Below are positions 46,909 through 55,991 of a stretch of DNA of 64,000 nucleotides, piece by piece. Source of the stretch: Candidatus Eiseniibacteriota bacterium (lineage in GTDB: Bacteria; Eisenbacteria; RBG-16-71-46; CAZAMP01). The stretch is from assembly GCA_965224245.1 (NCBI GenBank), contig OZ245046.1, forward strand, positions 5,115,583 to 5,179,582, written 5' to 3'. The position numbers were made by a program, and so were the translations under genes. Positions within the stretch are counted from its first letter, which is position 1. Each line of letters begins with the position of its first letter. The notes beneath the pieces are model-generated. The model made no database searches. It saw only the letters and a list, made by a program, of their open reading frames with translations, and had not been told where the DNA came from.

Positions 46909-47580
46909 TCAGAGGCCGATCGCGTCGAGGTCCAGTCCGGACTCCCGCTCCGCGAGCTCGGGTACCAGCTCGCAGAGACGCTTCCGTAGCGCCAGCCGGG
47001 CGCGGTTGACGCGACTGCGGACGGTGCCGCCCGGGATGGCCAGCACGTCGCCGACCTCCTCGTAGGAGAGCCCGCGAATGTCGCGCAGGATCAGGATCTC
47101 CCGGTGGATCGGGGGCAGGTCGTCGATCGCCCGGTGCACGAGACGAGCGGTGTCGTGCTGCTGCATCTGCCGGTCGGCGGGCACGTCGTCCTCGTTGGGC
47201 AGGTGCAGCGTGCCCGACTCGTTGGTGCCGGTGACGGGATCGATCGGCACGCTGGAGCCCCGTCGCTTCATCGACCGGAGCTCGTTGCGCGCGATGTTCA
47301 GCGCGATGGTGTACAGCCACGTGTAGAACTTGCCCACGCGGCGATACGTCCGGCGGTGCCGGTGCACTCGTACGAAGACGTCCTGCGCGAGGTCCTCGGC
47401 CCGGTGGCGGTCGTTGATGACCCGGGTGATCAGCCCGACGATCTTGGCCGAGTACCGGTCGACCAGGACGCGAAACGCGTCATCGGACCCGCCGGCGCAG
47501 GCCTCCATGAGGTCCTCGTCGCTCTGGACCGAGAGCCCGGGCGGGGCGGGGGTCGGAAACGGGATGATGTTCGTCGTCAT
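46909..47580 (-). CDS. ECF-type RNA polymerase sigma-70 factor (paralog of 39191..39868)
   Basis: Aligns along its full length with the other ECF sigma, including the inter-region insert ...PIDPVTG(T/M)N(E/D)... and the tail RLCELVPEL. Confidence 0.9.
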   Translation of the reverse strand: MTTNIIPFPTPAPPGLSVQSDEDLMEACAGGSDDAFRVLVDRYSAKIVGLITRVINDRHRAEDLAQDVFVRVHRHRRTYRRVGKFYTWLYTIALNIARNELRSMKRRGSSVPIDPVTGTNESGTLHLPNEDDVPADRQMQQHDTARLVHRAIDDLPPIHREILILRDIRGLSYEEVGDVLAIPGGTVRSRVNRARLALRKRLCELVPELAERESGLDLDAIGL

Positions 47581-47639
47581 GCTCCACGTTGCTCCTCGGT
47601 AGGGGTCGGAGTCGAGCCCCAACACTGGTTAGACAGCGA

Positions 47640-47668
47640 TGCAGGGTGGAACGTTCCGGAAGATTTGG
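47640..47668 (-). promoter_or_regulatory. Candidate ECF-type (autoregulated) promoter
   Basis: The minus strand reads GGAACgttccaccctgcatcgctGTCTAA. This gives GGAAC-type -35 and (G)TCTAA-type -10 elements with ECF-like spacing, about 60 nt upstream of the sigma start. Confidence 0.4.
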
Positions 47669-47745
47669 GGTACACATGCTAACTGATTTGCTCGTAATCT
47701 GTTGAATGGATCGAGGGGGCGGACCGCCCCGGAAGGAGGACGAGA

Positions 47746-48156
47746 ATGAGCGTCCAGGAACGGATCGACGCGTTCTTGAACGGTGCGCCCCACGCCGTCG
47801 TCGGTGCCTCGCGCGATCGATCCAAGTACGGCAACAAGGTGCTTCGCGTCTACATGCAGGCCGGTCGCGAGGTCTACCCGGTCAACCCGACCGGGGGCGA
47901 GATCGAGGGGCTCACCGCGTACGCGTCACTGGATGCGGTCCCCCCGCGTGTGCACGGCGTCTCGATCATCACGCCGGCGAGGGTCACCGAGAAGGTGGTC
48001 GAGACGGCCGCGGAGCTGGGTATCCAGCACGTCTGGATGCAGCCGGGGGCCGAGAGCGACGCGGCCGTGGCCAGGGCCGAGGAGCTGGGTCTCAGCGTGA
48101 TCTCCGGCGGACCGTGCATTCTGGTCGTGCTCGGGTATCGCGAGCAGCACACCTGA
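47746..48156 (+). CDS. CoA-binding domain protein (YccU/YneT-like)
   Basis: AVVGASRDRSKYGNKVLR......YPVNP and ...VWMQPGAES.. match the CoA_binding_2 pattern. Confidence 0.85.
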   Translation: MSVQERIDAFLNGAPHAVVGASRDRSKYGNKVLRVYMQAGREVYPVNPTGGEIEGLTAYASLDAVPPRVHGVSIITPARVTEKVVETAAELGIQHVWMQPGAESDAAVARAEELGLSVISGGPCILVVLGYREQHT

Positions 48157-48202
48157 GGCGGTCCCGACGCGCGACCGAGGTGGATCCGGCCGCGTCGGCG
48201 GC

Positions 48203-49030
48203 TCACCCCTCGATCGCGGCCTCCAGCACGGCGCGATGGCGAGCCATCCAGGCCGCGCTCCGCGTCCGCCACGTGATCGCCCAGAGTGACGACGCGTCGA
48301 GAGTCTCGGCGGTCACCGAGCCGTCGATGGCCTGCTGCGCGGCGTCCTGGATGGCGAACTCGATCATGAGCTCCACGAAGCCCGACCGATCGGCGCCGCT
48401 CAGGCCGTAGCCATCGAGGAGCAGCCGCGCCTGCCGCGCCCGACGCTCGGGCGACTCGAGCCCCTCCTTGCGCGCAACGTCGTCGTCGAAGAGCCGCGCG
48501 TTGAGCCAGCATGCCTGCGCGAGCTCCACGTCCCGGTCGACGGGCCCGGCCACCTCCCAGTCGATCAGTGCGACCGGGCAGCCGTCGCGCGCCACGATGT
48601 TCCAGGGCGCGGGGTCCCCGTGACCGACCACGCGCGCCGAGCCGCCGAGCGATCGGCCGAACCACGGGCGCCACGCGGCGTCGGGACCGGGATCGAACGT
48701 GGCGGTCGCGTCGTGGAGGCGGCGCAGCATCCGACCCACCGCGTGGATCGAGGCGTCGCTCCACGCCTTGGCGACCGTCTCCCCCTCGATGTAGTACAGC
48801 GCCTCGCACCCTCTGCCGTCGAAGCCATCGCCGACGAGACGAGGTGAGCCGGCGAATCCGGCCTCCTCGAGATGCCTCAGCAGCGCGTGGACCGAGGGTG
48901 TCCACGGGCGGACGTCCCGCAGGACGACGTCGTCTCGACGGGCGACGCGGCTGCGACCGCCGCCGTGGAGCTCGACCTCGGAGGTGTCGGGCTCGCGGCG
49001 TTCGGCTGGATTCGACATGCGATGCTCCAT
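48203..49030 (-). CDS. Aminoglycoside/choline-kinase-like phosphotransferase family protein
   Basis: Catalytic loop HGDPAPWN and the metal-binding segment LIDWEVAG are typical of the APH fold. Confidence 0.75.
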   Translation of the reverse strand: MEHRMSNPAERREPDTSEVELHGGGRSRVARRDDVVLRDVRPWTPSVHALLRHLEEAGFAGSPRLVGDGFDGRGCEALYYIEGETVAKAWSDASIHAVGRMLRRLHDATATFDPGPDAAWRPWFGRSLGGSARVVGHGDPAPWNIVARDGCPVALIDWEVAGPVDRDVELAQACWLNARLFDDDVARKEGLESPERRARQARLLLDGYGLSGADRSGFVELMIEFAIQDAAQQAIDGSVTAETLDASSLWAITWRTRSAAWMARHRAVLEAAIEG

Positions 49031-49135
49031 TACGGCCGGTGGCGGCGGCGGACGGCCGTCGTCGCCCGCTCCCGTGGGATCGACAACCCCACAAGGATCG
49101 GCACGCGTGCCCGAGAAGTTGACCCCGGCGACCGA

Positions 49136-51076
49136 TCAGCGCGCGGACAGGGCGCGCGTCACGAGCTTCTCGGCCCCTCCGGCGGCCACGAGCTCCTGGG
49201 GTACGCGACCCAGCGCCGCGAACGCGAACTCGCGACCGTCGCAGCGCACGATCGAGTCCCGGAAGTCGACCTCGATGTCGCCGGCCACGATCGTCGGCGC
49301 GTCCGGGGTCGGATGCTCGGCTCGGAGGTGCTCCACCAGCTCGGGGCACTCGAACACCGGGAAGCCGTTGTTGAACGCGTTCCGCTTGTACGTCTCCGAG
49401 AAGCTGATGGCGATCACGCACGGCACCCCGCGGTACGCGAGGGCGGTCGCCGCCTGCTCCCGCGAGGAGCCGGTGCCGAAGTTGCGACCCCCGACGATGA
49501 CGTCACCCCGCCGGTATACCTCGCCGAAGCGGGGATCGTGGTTCTCGAACACCACCTTCGCCATCTCCTCGGGCGTCATGTCGTCCTGGTACGTCCACTT
49601 TCCGGCGAAGATGCCGTCGGTGTTCAGGTTGTCGGCCGGCATGAGGAGCGCGCGGCCCGAGACCGTCTCGGGGAAGCCGTCGAGGATCTCGACCGTGTTC
49701 GCGGCGCGCGGCTTCGGTGCGCTCACCGATGCCGACTTCCGCGCCGGCGTGACGGCGAACCGCGTCGGAGACGTGATGTATCCGGCCACCGCCGACGCCG
49801 CGACGACCGCCGGCGAGCCCAGATACACCTCGGCCTCGCGGCTCCCCATGCGTCCCTTGAAGTTCCGGTTCGTGGCGCTGATGCCGACCTCGCCGTCCTC
49901 GATCGTGCCGGCGCCGAGGCCGATGCAGGGTCCACACCCCGACGGCAACGGGATCGCGCCCGCGTCGGTGAGGCTCTTCCACGTGCCGTCCGCCTCGGCG
50001 ACGGCCTGGATCTCGGCCGACGCGGCGGCGAAGTAGAACTCGACGCCGTCGGCCACGCGCTTGCCGCGAACCACCGCCGCGGCGTCACGCAGATCCTCGA
50101 GACGCGCGTTCACGCAGCTCAGGAGGTAGGCCTTCTGAATGGCGACACGCTTCGCCTCGATCTCCGGGATCGACGTCATCGTCTTGACGTGGTTGGGCCC
50201 CGACACGTGCGGGATCACGGTGGCGAGATCCAGCTCCAGCTCGGCGGCGTACGTCGCGTCGACGTCGGCCTCGAGCCGCTCGGTGTACCACGCATCGACG
50301 TGGTTGCGCGTGTACCGGTCGGTCCGGCCGGCGCGAGCGAACGCATCGGCCCGGCTGCGGAGATAGTGGCCGAGCACGGCGTCGAACGGGAACACGCCGG
50401 CCAGCGCGCCCCACTCGGTGGTCATGTTCGCGATGCTCATGCGCTGGTCCATCGTCAGACCGGCGATGCCGTCGCCGACGAACTCCACGGCGTGGTTCAG
50501 CACCTCGTCCTGATTGAACAGACCGCAGAGCGCGATGATGACGTCTTTGCCCACCACGCCGGGCCGGAGGGTGCCGGTGAGACGGACCCGCGCGATCTTC
50601 GGGACCTGCCACCAGGTCTGTCCCGTGGCCCAGATCGCCGCCGCGTCGGTGCGTACGACCGGTGTTCCCAGTGCGGCCGCGGCGCCGTACAGATTCGAGT
50701 GGGAATCCGAGCCCACGACCAGGCTGCCGGGCGTGACGTATCCCTGCTCGACCATGACCTGATGGCTGATGCCCGTGCCCGCAGGATGGAAGTCGATTCC
50801 GTGAGTCGTCGCGAACGCCTCGATCCTGGCGTACTTGGCCAGGTTCGCCTCGGACCGGTTCTGGATGTCGTGATCGATCGCGAAGACCGGCTGCCGCGGG
50901 TCGTGCACGCGCGTGGCCCCGATCGACTCGAACTTGGGGATGACCGCACCGGTGTTGTCGTGCGTCATCACGTGCTTCGGGCGGATCGTCACGTAGTCCC
51001 CGGCGTGGACGCGCTCACCCTCGGCGAGACCGACGGCGTAGCGGGTGACGATCTTCTCGACGAGGGTCTGACCCAT
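49136..51076 (-). CDS. Aconitase-family hydro-lyase with fused large (LeuC-like) and small (LeuD-like) domains; homoaconitase / 3-isopropylmalate dehydratase-like
   Basis: GDYVTIRPKHVMTHDNT, GSDSHS and SGCGPCIG are the Fe-S cluster Cys motifs. The C-terminus is swivel-domain-like (GRNFGTGSSREQA). Confidence 0.85.
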   Translation of the reverse strand: MGQTLVEKIVTRYAVGLAEGERVHAGDYVTIRPKHVMTHDNTGAVIPKFESIGATRVHDPRQPVFAIDHDIQNRSEANLAKYARIEAFATTHGIDFHPAGTGISHQVMVEQGYVTPGSLVVGSDSHSNLYGAAAALGTPVVRTDAAAIWATGQTWWQVPKIARVRLTGTLRPGVVGKDVIIALCGLFNQDEVLNHAVEFVGDGIAGLTMDQRMSIANMTTEWGALAGVFPFDAVLGHYLRSRADAFARAGRTDRYTRNHVDAWYTERLEADVDATYAAELELDLATVIPHVSGPNHVKTMTSIPEIEAKRVAIQKAYLLSCVNARLEDLRDAAAVVRGKRVADGVEFYFAAASAEIQAVAEADGTWKSLTDAGAIPLPSGCGPCIGLGAGTIEDGEVGISATNRNFKGRMGSREAEVYLGSPAVVAASAVAGYITSPTRFAVTPARKSASVSAPKPRAANTVEILDGFPETVSGRALLMPADNLNTDGIFAGKWTYQDDMTPEEMAKVVFENHDPRFGEVYRRGDVIVGGRNFGTGSSREQAATALAYRGVPCVIAISFSETYKRNAFNNGFPVFECPELVEHLRAEHPTPDAPTIVAGDIEVDFRDSIVRCDGREFAFAALGRVPQELVAAGGAEKLVTRALSAR

Positions 51077-51371
51077 GTGAAAGCGTGCTCCTCTCTGGCC
51101 CCGAGAACTCCTGGATCCACGTGACGGGAATACTACGCTCAGTCACGAGAGCAGGTCACGTCGCGCCGAAGTTGTTGCCGTTTGAGGTCATCCCGACCGC
51201 CATCGTTCTCCGTCAGCCCCGAGTGTGATTCCGATCGTCCCGCCGCGCCTCACGATCGGAATGGGGCGCGGCCTCGCGATCGATCCTCGGCTCGCTTCCG
51301 ATGCCGCGCACGTCGATCAATGTTCGATCAGGGATGGCGCGACCCAGGCGCCTCCGAGCTGGAGTGATCCC

Positions 51372-54329
51372 ATGCACACGTCTTCTGTCATTCGGGTACG
51401 GCCTTCCGGCCTCCTGGCCCTGGGGGCCCTGTTCGTCGCGGGGGTGGCGGTGGCCGGCCCCCGCCTGTCCGATCGGGCTCCGGACGACGTCCCGTCGCGG
51501 GACGTGATGGCGGCGATCTCGCGTCCGGATCCATCCGTCCTGCCTCCCCATGGATACGGGAGCCTCGTCCGTCTCTTGATGCAGAACCGGACGGACGTCC
51601 GGTCGGGGCTCCTGACCGAGGCCGAGGCGGCGGCCCGCGGAGGCACCGCGATCGCGGGGAGCCGGGCCTTTCCCGTGTTCCCGTTCCTGTACGACAACAC
51701 GGGGTCCGCGCCCTTCTCGCAGGACGACCTCGAGGATCAGCTCTTCACCGGCCCCTGGCCCACGGGAACGATGAAGGAGTACTACGAGGAGGTGTCCTAC
51801 GGGCTGTTCTCGGTGACCGGTCACGTGGAGGACTGGTTCACGCTGGACCACGACGACGACTACTACGAGGGCTTCAACAACGGCCTCGACGTGGACGGGA
51901 ACGTCTACGAGGCGATGGTCGACATCCTCGATGACCGGGATCCGGGTCTCGACTTCGGTCTCTGGGACAACGACGGTCCGGACGGCGTGCCCAACTCCGG
52001 CGACGACGACGGCTACGTGGACTTCATCATGTTCGTGACCCCCGACCCGAGCGGCGCCTGCGGGGACAACGACAACATCTGGTCCCACACCTGGTTCCTC
52101 AGCGGGTGGGGTACCCACTACGAGACCGACGACGCGGCCGCCGCCGCGGGGGTGGCCAACATCCGGATCGATCACTACTTCATGTCCGCCGGCATCGACT
52201 GCACGCTGCCCCGGCAGCGCGGCATCGGCACGCACTGTCACGAGTTCGGGCATGCGCTGGGGCTGCCGGACCTCTACGACACCGATGGTGGCTCCGAGGG
52301 CATCGGCGACTGGGGCCTGATGGGCAACGGCAACAACAATACCCAGGATCGTCCGGCTCACTTCACGGCGTTCCACAAGGAGCGCCTGGGATGGCTGCAT
52401 TACTACGACGTGACCCAGGACGCCACGCACCTCTGCGTGCCGCCGGTGGAGACTCATCCGGCCGCGGTGCGGCTGTGGACACACGGCCGCGTGGGTGACG
52501 AGTACTTCCTGGTCGAGAATCGCCAGCAGATCGGATTCGACGACCAGGTCCACGGCACGGGGTTCGTGATCTATCACGTGGACGAACGCGTGTACGCGGC
52601 CAATCTCCACGACAACGCCGTGAACACGGACGAGGCGCACAAGGCCGTCGACGTGGAGTGCGCCGACGCCACCACGGCCGCCCACGTGGCCGACGCCGAC
52701 GACCTCGACCGGCGTGCGAACGAAGGCGACGCGGGTGACGTGTGGTGTCCGGCGACGGAGGACACGTTCGACGACACGAGCGTGCCCGACACGCGATCGT
52801 GCTCCGGCGGATCCACCGAGGTCTCCATCCAGAACATCGACGCCTGCACCGGCGTCGTGTGCGCCGACTTCAACGTGGGGAGCGCCTACGTGGCCGATCT
52901 CTGCATCCGTGATTGCGTGAGCGACGGCTGCGACGAGCTCTCACTCTGCGAAGGGTGGTGGGGGAGTCCCGACATCTGGATCGACAACGACGGCGACGGC
53001 GTCAGCGATCTTCCGGCCGACGCCCTCGAGAACGACCTCTGGTTCCGCATCCGGAACGTCGGGCCGGAGCCCCTCAGCGACGTCACCGTGAGCCTCTACT
53101 ACGGGGACCCGGCGATGGGTCAGCTCTGGCCGTCTTTCGGTACCTTGATCGAGTCCCGATCGGTGACGTCGATCGACGTGGGTGAGGTGGTGGAGGACTA
53201 CGTTCCGTTCGTCTATCCAGCACCGCCGGTCTACGTGGATCACTACTGCATCGGCGCGGTGGTGACACACGAGCTCGACCCGCAGAACAGCGAGTACCCG
53301 CCGAACGACAACAACGTGGCGCAGGTGAACCACCAGGTGCTCGTGAACCGAGCAGGCGGAAGCCTGCTGGCCGCCGGCTGCGGTCCCTTCGTCGAGAAGT
53401 CGCGCATCCTGCTGCACGCCCCGGACGACTACGCGCACGCGGTCGTACGGCTCGGTACGCCGCCGACGTTCGCCGACTACTCGATCCCGCCGGACTGGAC
53501 CGTGAGCTTCGACCCGGGACCTTACGACATCTACGGGACACCCGTGCCGTTCAACCTGACGGTGGAGTCCACGGAAACGACCCACCGTCAGATGGCGCGC
53601 ATCCCGCTCACGCTGTGGGATCTGCAGCAGGGCCGCGCGATCGGTGGCGTTCTGATGAACTACGTGATCGACTGCTCCGCACCGAAGCAGGTCGGGGGCC
53701 GCGGCGCCGAGTGGCTCTCTCCGCACGGTGATTATCTCATCGGACCCACCGTGCTCGTGGAGTGGGATCGAGTCACCTCGGACGAGGACGGAGAGCCCGA
53801 GATCATCACGCACTACGAGGTGCAACGCTCGGATGATCACGGTACGCCGTGGACGACCGTGGAGCGCGTGGCGGTGGACGCGGAGCTGGAGATGCCGTGG
53901 TTTCAGTGGTACGACGATCTCACGAAGACCTGCGACGTCGAGTACTACTATCGTGTACGCGGCGTGGACGCGGCCGGGTCGGTCGGCGCTTACTCCGCGA
54001 CCATGACGCTGGCTTGCGAGCCCTTGGACGTGGCGGACACGCCCGGCGCGGTCGGATGGCAGCTCGACGCCGGCACGCCGAACCCGTTCCGGGGGCCGAC
54101 GGAGATCCGGTACGGGGTTCCGGTGGCAGGGCCGATCCGACTGGACGTCTTCGACGTGCACGGGCGCCGCGTGCGATCCCTGGTGAACGGCGTCCGGGAG
54201 GTCGGTGAGTTCGCCGTGACGTGGGACGGCCGCGACGACGGCGGTCGGGACGTGGAGCCGGGGATCTACTTCCATCGTCTCCGCGCGGGCGAGACGACCC
54301 TGACCCGGAAGACGACCCGGGTCGAGTGA
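51372..54329 (+). CDS. M6-family (immune inhibitor A-like) metalloprotease with a FlgD/T9SS-type C-terminal domain
   Basis: Signal peptide and the zinc motif HCHEFGHALGLPDLYD. A large beta-rich middle region is followed by the C-terminus NPFRGPTEIRYGV..LDVFDVHGRRVRSL..WDGRDDGGRDVEPGIYFHRLRAG. Confidence 0.9.
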   Translation: MHTSSVIRVRPSGLLALGALFVAGVAVAGPRLSDRAPDDVPSRDVMAAISRPDPSVLPPHGYGSLVRLLMQNRTDVRSGLLTEAEAAARGGTAIAGSRAFPVFPFLYDNTGSAPFSQDDLEDQLFTGPWPTGTMKEYYEEVSYGLFSVTGHVEDWFTLDHDDDYYEGFNNGLDVDGNVYEAMVDILDDRDPGLDFGLWDNDGPDGVPNSGDDDGYVDFIMFVTPDPSGACGDNDNIWSHTWFLSGWGTHYETDDAAAAAGVANIRIDHYFMSAGIDCTLPRQRGIGTHCHEFGHALGLPDLYDTDGGSEGIGDWGLMGNGNNNTQDRPAHFTAFHKERLGWLHYYDVTQDATHLCVPPVETHPAAVRLWTHGRVGDEYFLVENRQQIGFDDQVHGTGFVIYHVDERVYAANLHDNAVNTDEAHKAVDVECADATTAAHVADADDLDRRANEGDAGDVWCPATEDTFDDTSVPDTRSCSGGSTEVSIQNIDACTGVVCADFNVGSAYVADLCIRDCVSDGCDELSLCEGWWGSPDIWIDNDGDGVSDLPADALENDLWFRIRNVGPEPLSDVTVSLYYGDPAMGQLWPSFGTLIESRSVTSIDVGEVVEDYVPFVYPAPPVYVDHYCIGAVVTHELDPQNSEYPPNDNNVAQVNHQVLVNRAGGSLLAAGCGPFVEKSRILLHAPDDYAHAVVRLGTPPTFADYSIPPDWTVSFDPGPYDIYGTPVPFNLTVESTETTHRQMARIPLTLWDLQQGRAIGGVLMNYVIDCSAPKQVGGRGAEWLSPHGDYLIGPTVLVEWDRVTSDEDGEPEIITHYEVQRSDDHGTPWTTVERVAVDAELEMPWFQWYDDLTKTCDVEYYYRVRGVDAAGSVGAYSATMTLACEPLDVADTPGAVGWQLDAGTPNPFRGPTEIRYGVPVAGPIRLDVFDVHGRRVRSLVNGVREVGEFAVTWDGRDDGGRDVEPGIYFHRLRAGETTLTRKTTRVE

Positions 54330-54363
54330 GCGCGCGGTGGGGGTCCACGTCGCCGGGCGTGTG

Positions 54364-54383
54364 AGCCGCCATCCGTGGCGGCT
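54364..54383 (+). terminator. Hairpin 35 nt after the M6 protease stop
   Basis: agccgcca / tccg / tggcggct: 8-bp stem, followed by tt. Confidence 0.4.
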
Positions 54384-54638
54384 TCGGTGGCACGAGCCCG
54401 AACGACGCGTGTATCATGCACGAGCGGATGCCGATCGCCTCAGAATGAGGGTCGTGGGCCCGACGTTCGTCGGTCCCCGACCGGACGACGCCATGGACGC
54501 GCCGATGAAGACGATGACATTCCTCGCGAGCGTGTCCATTCGTTCACCTCGGCCACGGCTCGTGGTGGTCGCTGGCAGCGCGTGCGCCTGGTCACCCGGG
54601 GTGCCGGGCTTCGGCTCGATGGCGGGCGGCGACGTCCG

Positions 54639-55991
54639 ATGACGCGCGGTGTGCTCCACCACGCCGCGCGATACCCGAGCGCGTGGCTCCTGATCGTCGT
54701 CGCCGTCTTCTCTGCGCTCTCGGCATTCGCGCGATCCGATCGCGCACCGGGCGCCGACTTCTATCAGTTCTGGGTCGTCGGGCAGTCCATTCGCGCCGGA
54801 GGCCCCCACGACGTGTACTCGGATGCCGCTCGTCGGCAGCTGGGTGCCGAGGCGCGCAGCCAGGCGCAGTCGGAGCCTGACTCGCGTCGCGAGGTGATCT
54901 CGCGTCATCGCATGGTGCTCGAGACGTACTCGTCCCCACTGCTCTACACGCTCTTTGCCGCCTTCTCCGGCGGATCCTACGACGAGGACCTCCGTCGTCT
55001 TCGATGGGGGACGATCGCGGCCACGGTCGCCAGCCTGCTGGTCTTCGGCATGGCGGTGGGACACGGCTCGACGTCGCTGGCGATCTTCGTCCTCGCGTTC
55101 ACGGCCTGGTACGGCCCGCTCGATTCCGAGCTACGGGTCGGCAACGTGAACACGCTCCTGATGCTCGTCGCCGCGGCGATGATCGCGGCGGCGGGCCGCA
55201 CCCCCCGCGGACGCTGGGGCGTGATCCGCGGTGTCGCACTCGGCGCCGGGATCGCGTTCAAGCCGACGCTGCTGGGCGTGCTCGGCCTCGTGCTGCTGGA
55301 CCGGCTGGTCGGCCGGCGCTGGTGGGACGCGCGGGCCGAGGCGATCGGCGTACTGGTCGGAGTCACCATCGGCGTGGTCGTCGGCGCGATCGGACTCGGT
55401 CCCGGCGCGTGGATCGCGTGGCTCGGGGCACTCGCCACGCTACCCGACACCATCATCGGCATCCAGGCCGGCAACTTCTCCCTCGCACGCCTGGTCGGCG
55501 ACGCGATCGGAGACGGTGCCGCACTCGCCGCGCGGGTGGCCGTGGTCTCGGTCGCGTGCGTCGCGACGTGGCGTGCGGCGCGTGCCCGGCGCTCGAACAC
55601 CGCCCTCGACGGCGTCGGAGCCGCGCCGGCGGCGCGATCGCCCGATCGAGAGCACGACGTCGCGGTGACCGCGCTCGCCCTTCTGACGACCGTTCTGGTC
55701 TCGCGGCTGTCGTGGCTCCACTACTACGTACTGGCGGCTCCAGCTTTCGTGTATCTGCTGCGACCTCGCGCGTCCTCGGCGTCGATGGGATCGGCCGCGA
55801 GCTCGATCACGATCGCGTTCACGCTGGCGGGGTTCTGCTGCGTGGCCGTGAGCCCGGCCCCGCTGCTCGGCCTCCGGCTGCAGCCCGAAGGGCTCGCCGT
55901 GATGACGATCCTGGGCGCGACGCTTCTGTTCGCCTCGCTGTCCGCCGACCTGCTCGGCGCGAGCCCGCGCGAGGCTCAGCGTAACCGGTAG
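54639..55991 (+). CDS. Polytopic membrane protein, DUF2029/GT87-like putative glycosyltransferase
   Basis: At least 9 TM helices. The N-terminal loop has FYQFWVVGQ, and there is a later IAFKPTLLG segment. The family call is from topology and motif recollection only. Confidence 0.55.
   Translation: MTRGVLHHAARYPSAWLLIVVAVFSALSAFARSDRAPGADFYQFWVVGQSIRAGGPHDVYSDAARRQLGAEARSQAQSEPDSRREVISRHRMVLETYSSPLLYTLFAAFSGGSYDEDLRRLRWGTIAATVASLLVFGMAVGHGSTSLAIFVLAFTAWYGPLDSELRVGNVNTLLMLVAAAMIAAAGRTPRGRWGVIRGVALGAGIAFKPTLLGVLGLVLLDRLVGRRWWDARAEAIGVLVGVTIGVVVGAIGLGPGAWIAWLGALATLPDTIIGIQAGNFSLARLVGDAIGDGAALAARVAVVSVACVATWRAARARRSNTALDGVGAAPAARSPDREHDVAVTALALLTTVLVSRLSWLHYYVLAAPAFVYLLRPRASSASMGSAASSITIAFTLAGFCCVAVSPAPLLGLRLQPEGLAVMTILGATLLFASLSADLLGASPREAQRNR

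Noticed and set aside
48872-54275. Long ORFs 48872..51124(+), 51213..52685(-) and 52941..54275(-)
   Set aside because: They are shadows of the aconitase-family gene and the M6 protease gene. They have no motifs and a skewed Arg/Asp/Gly/Val composition.
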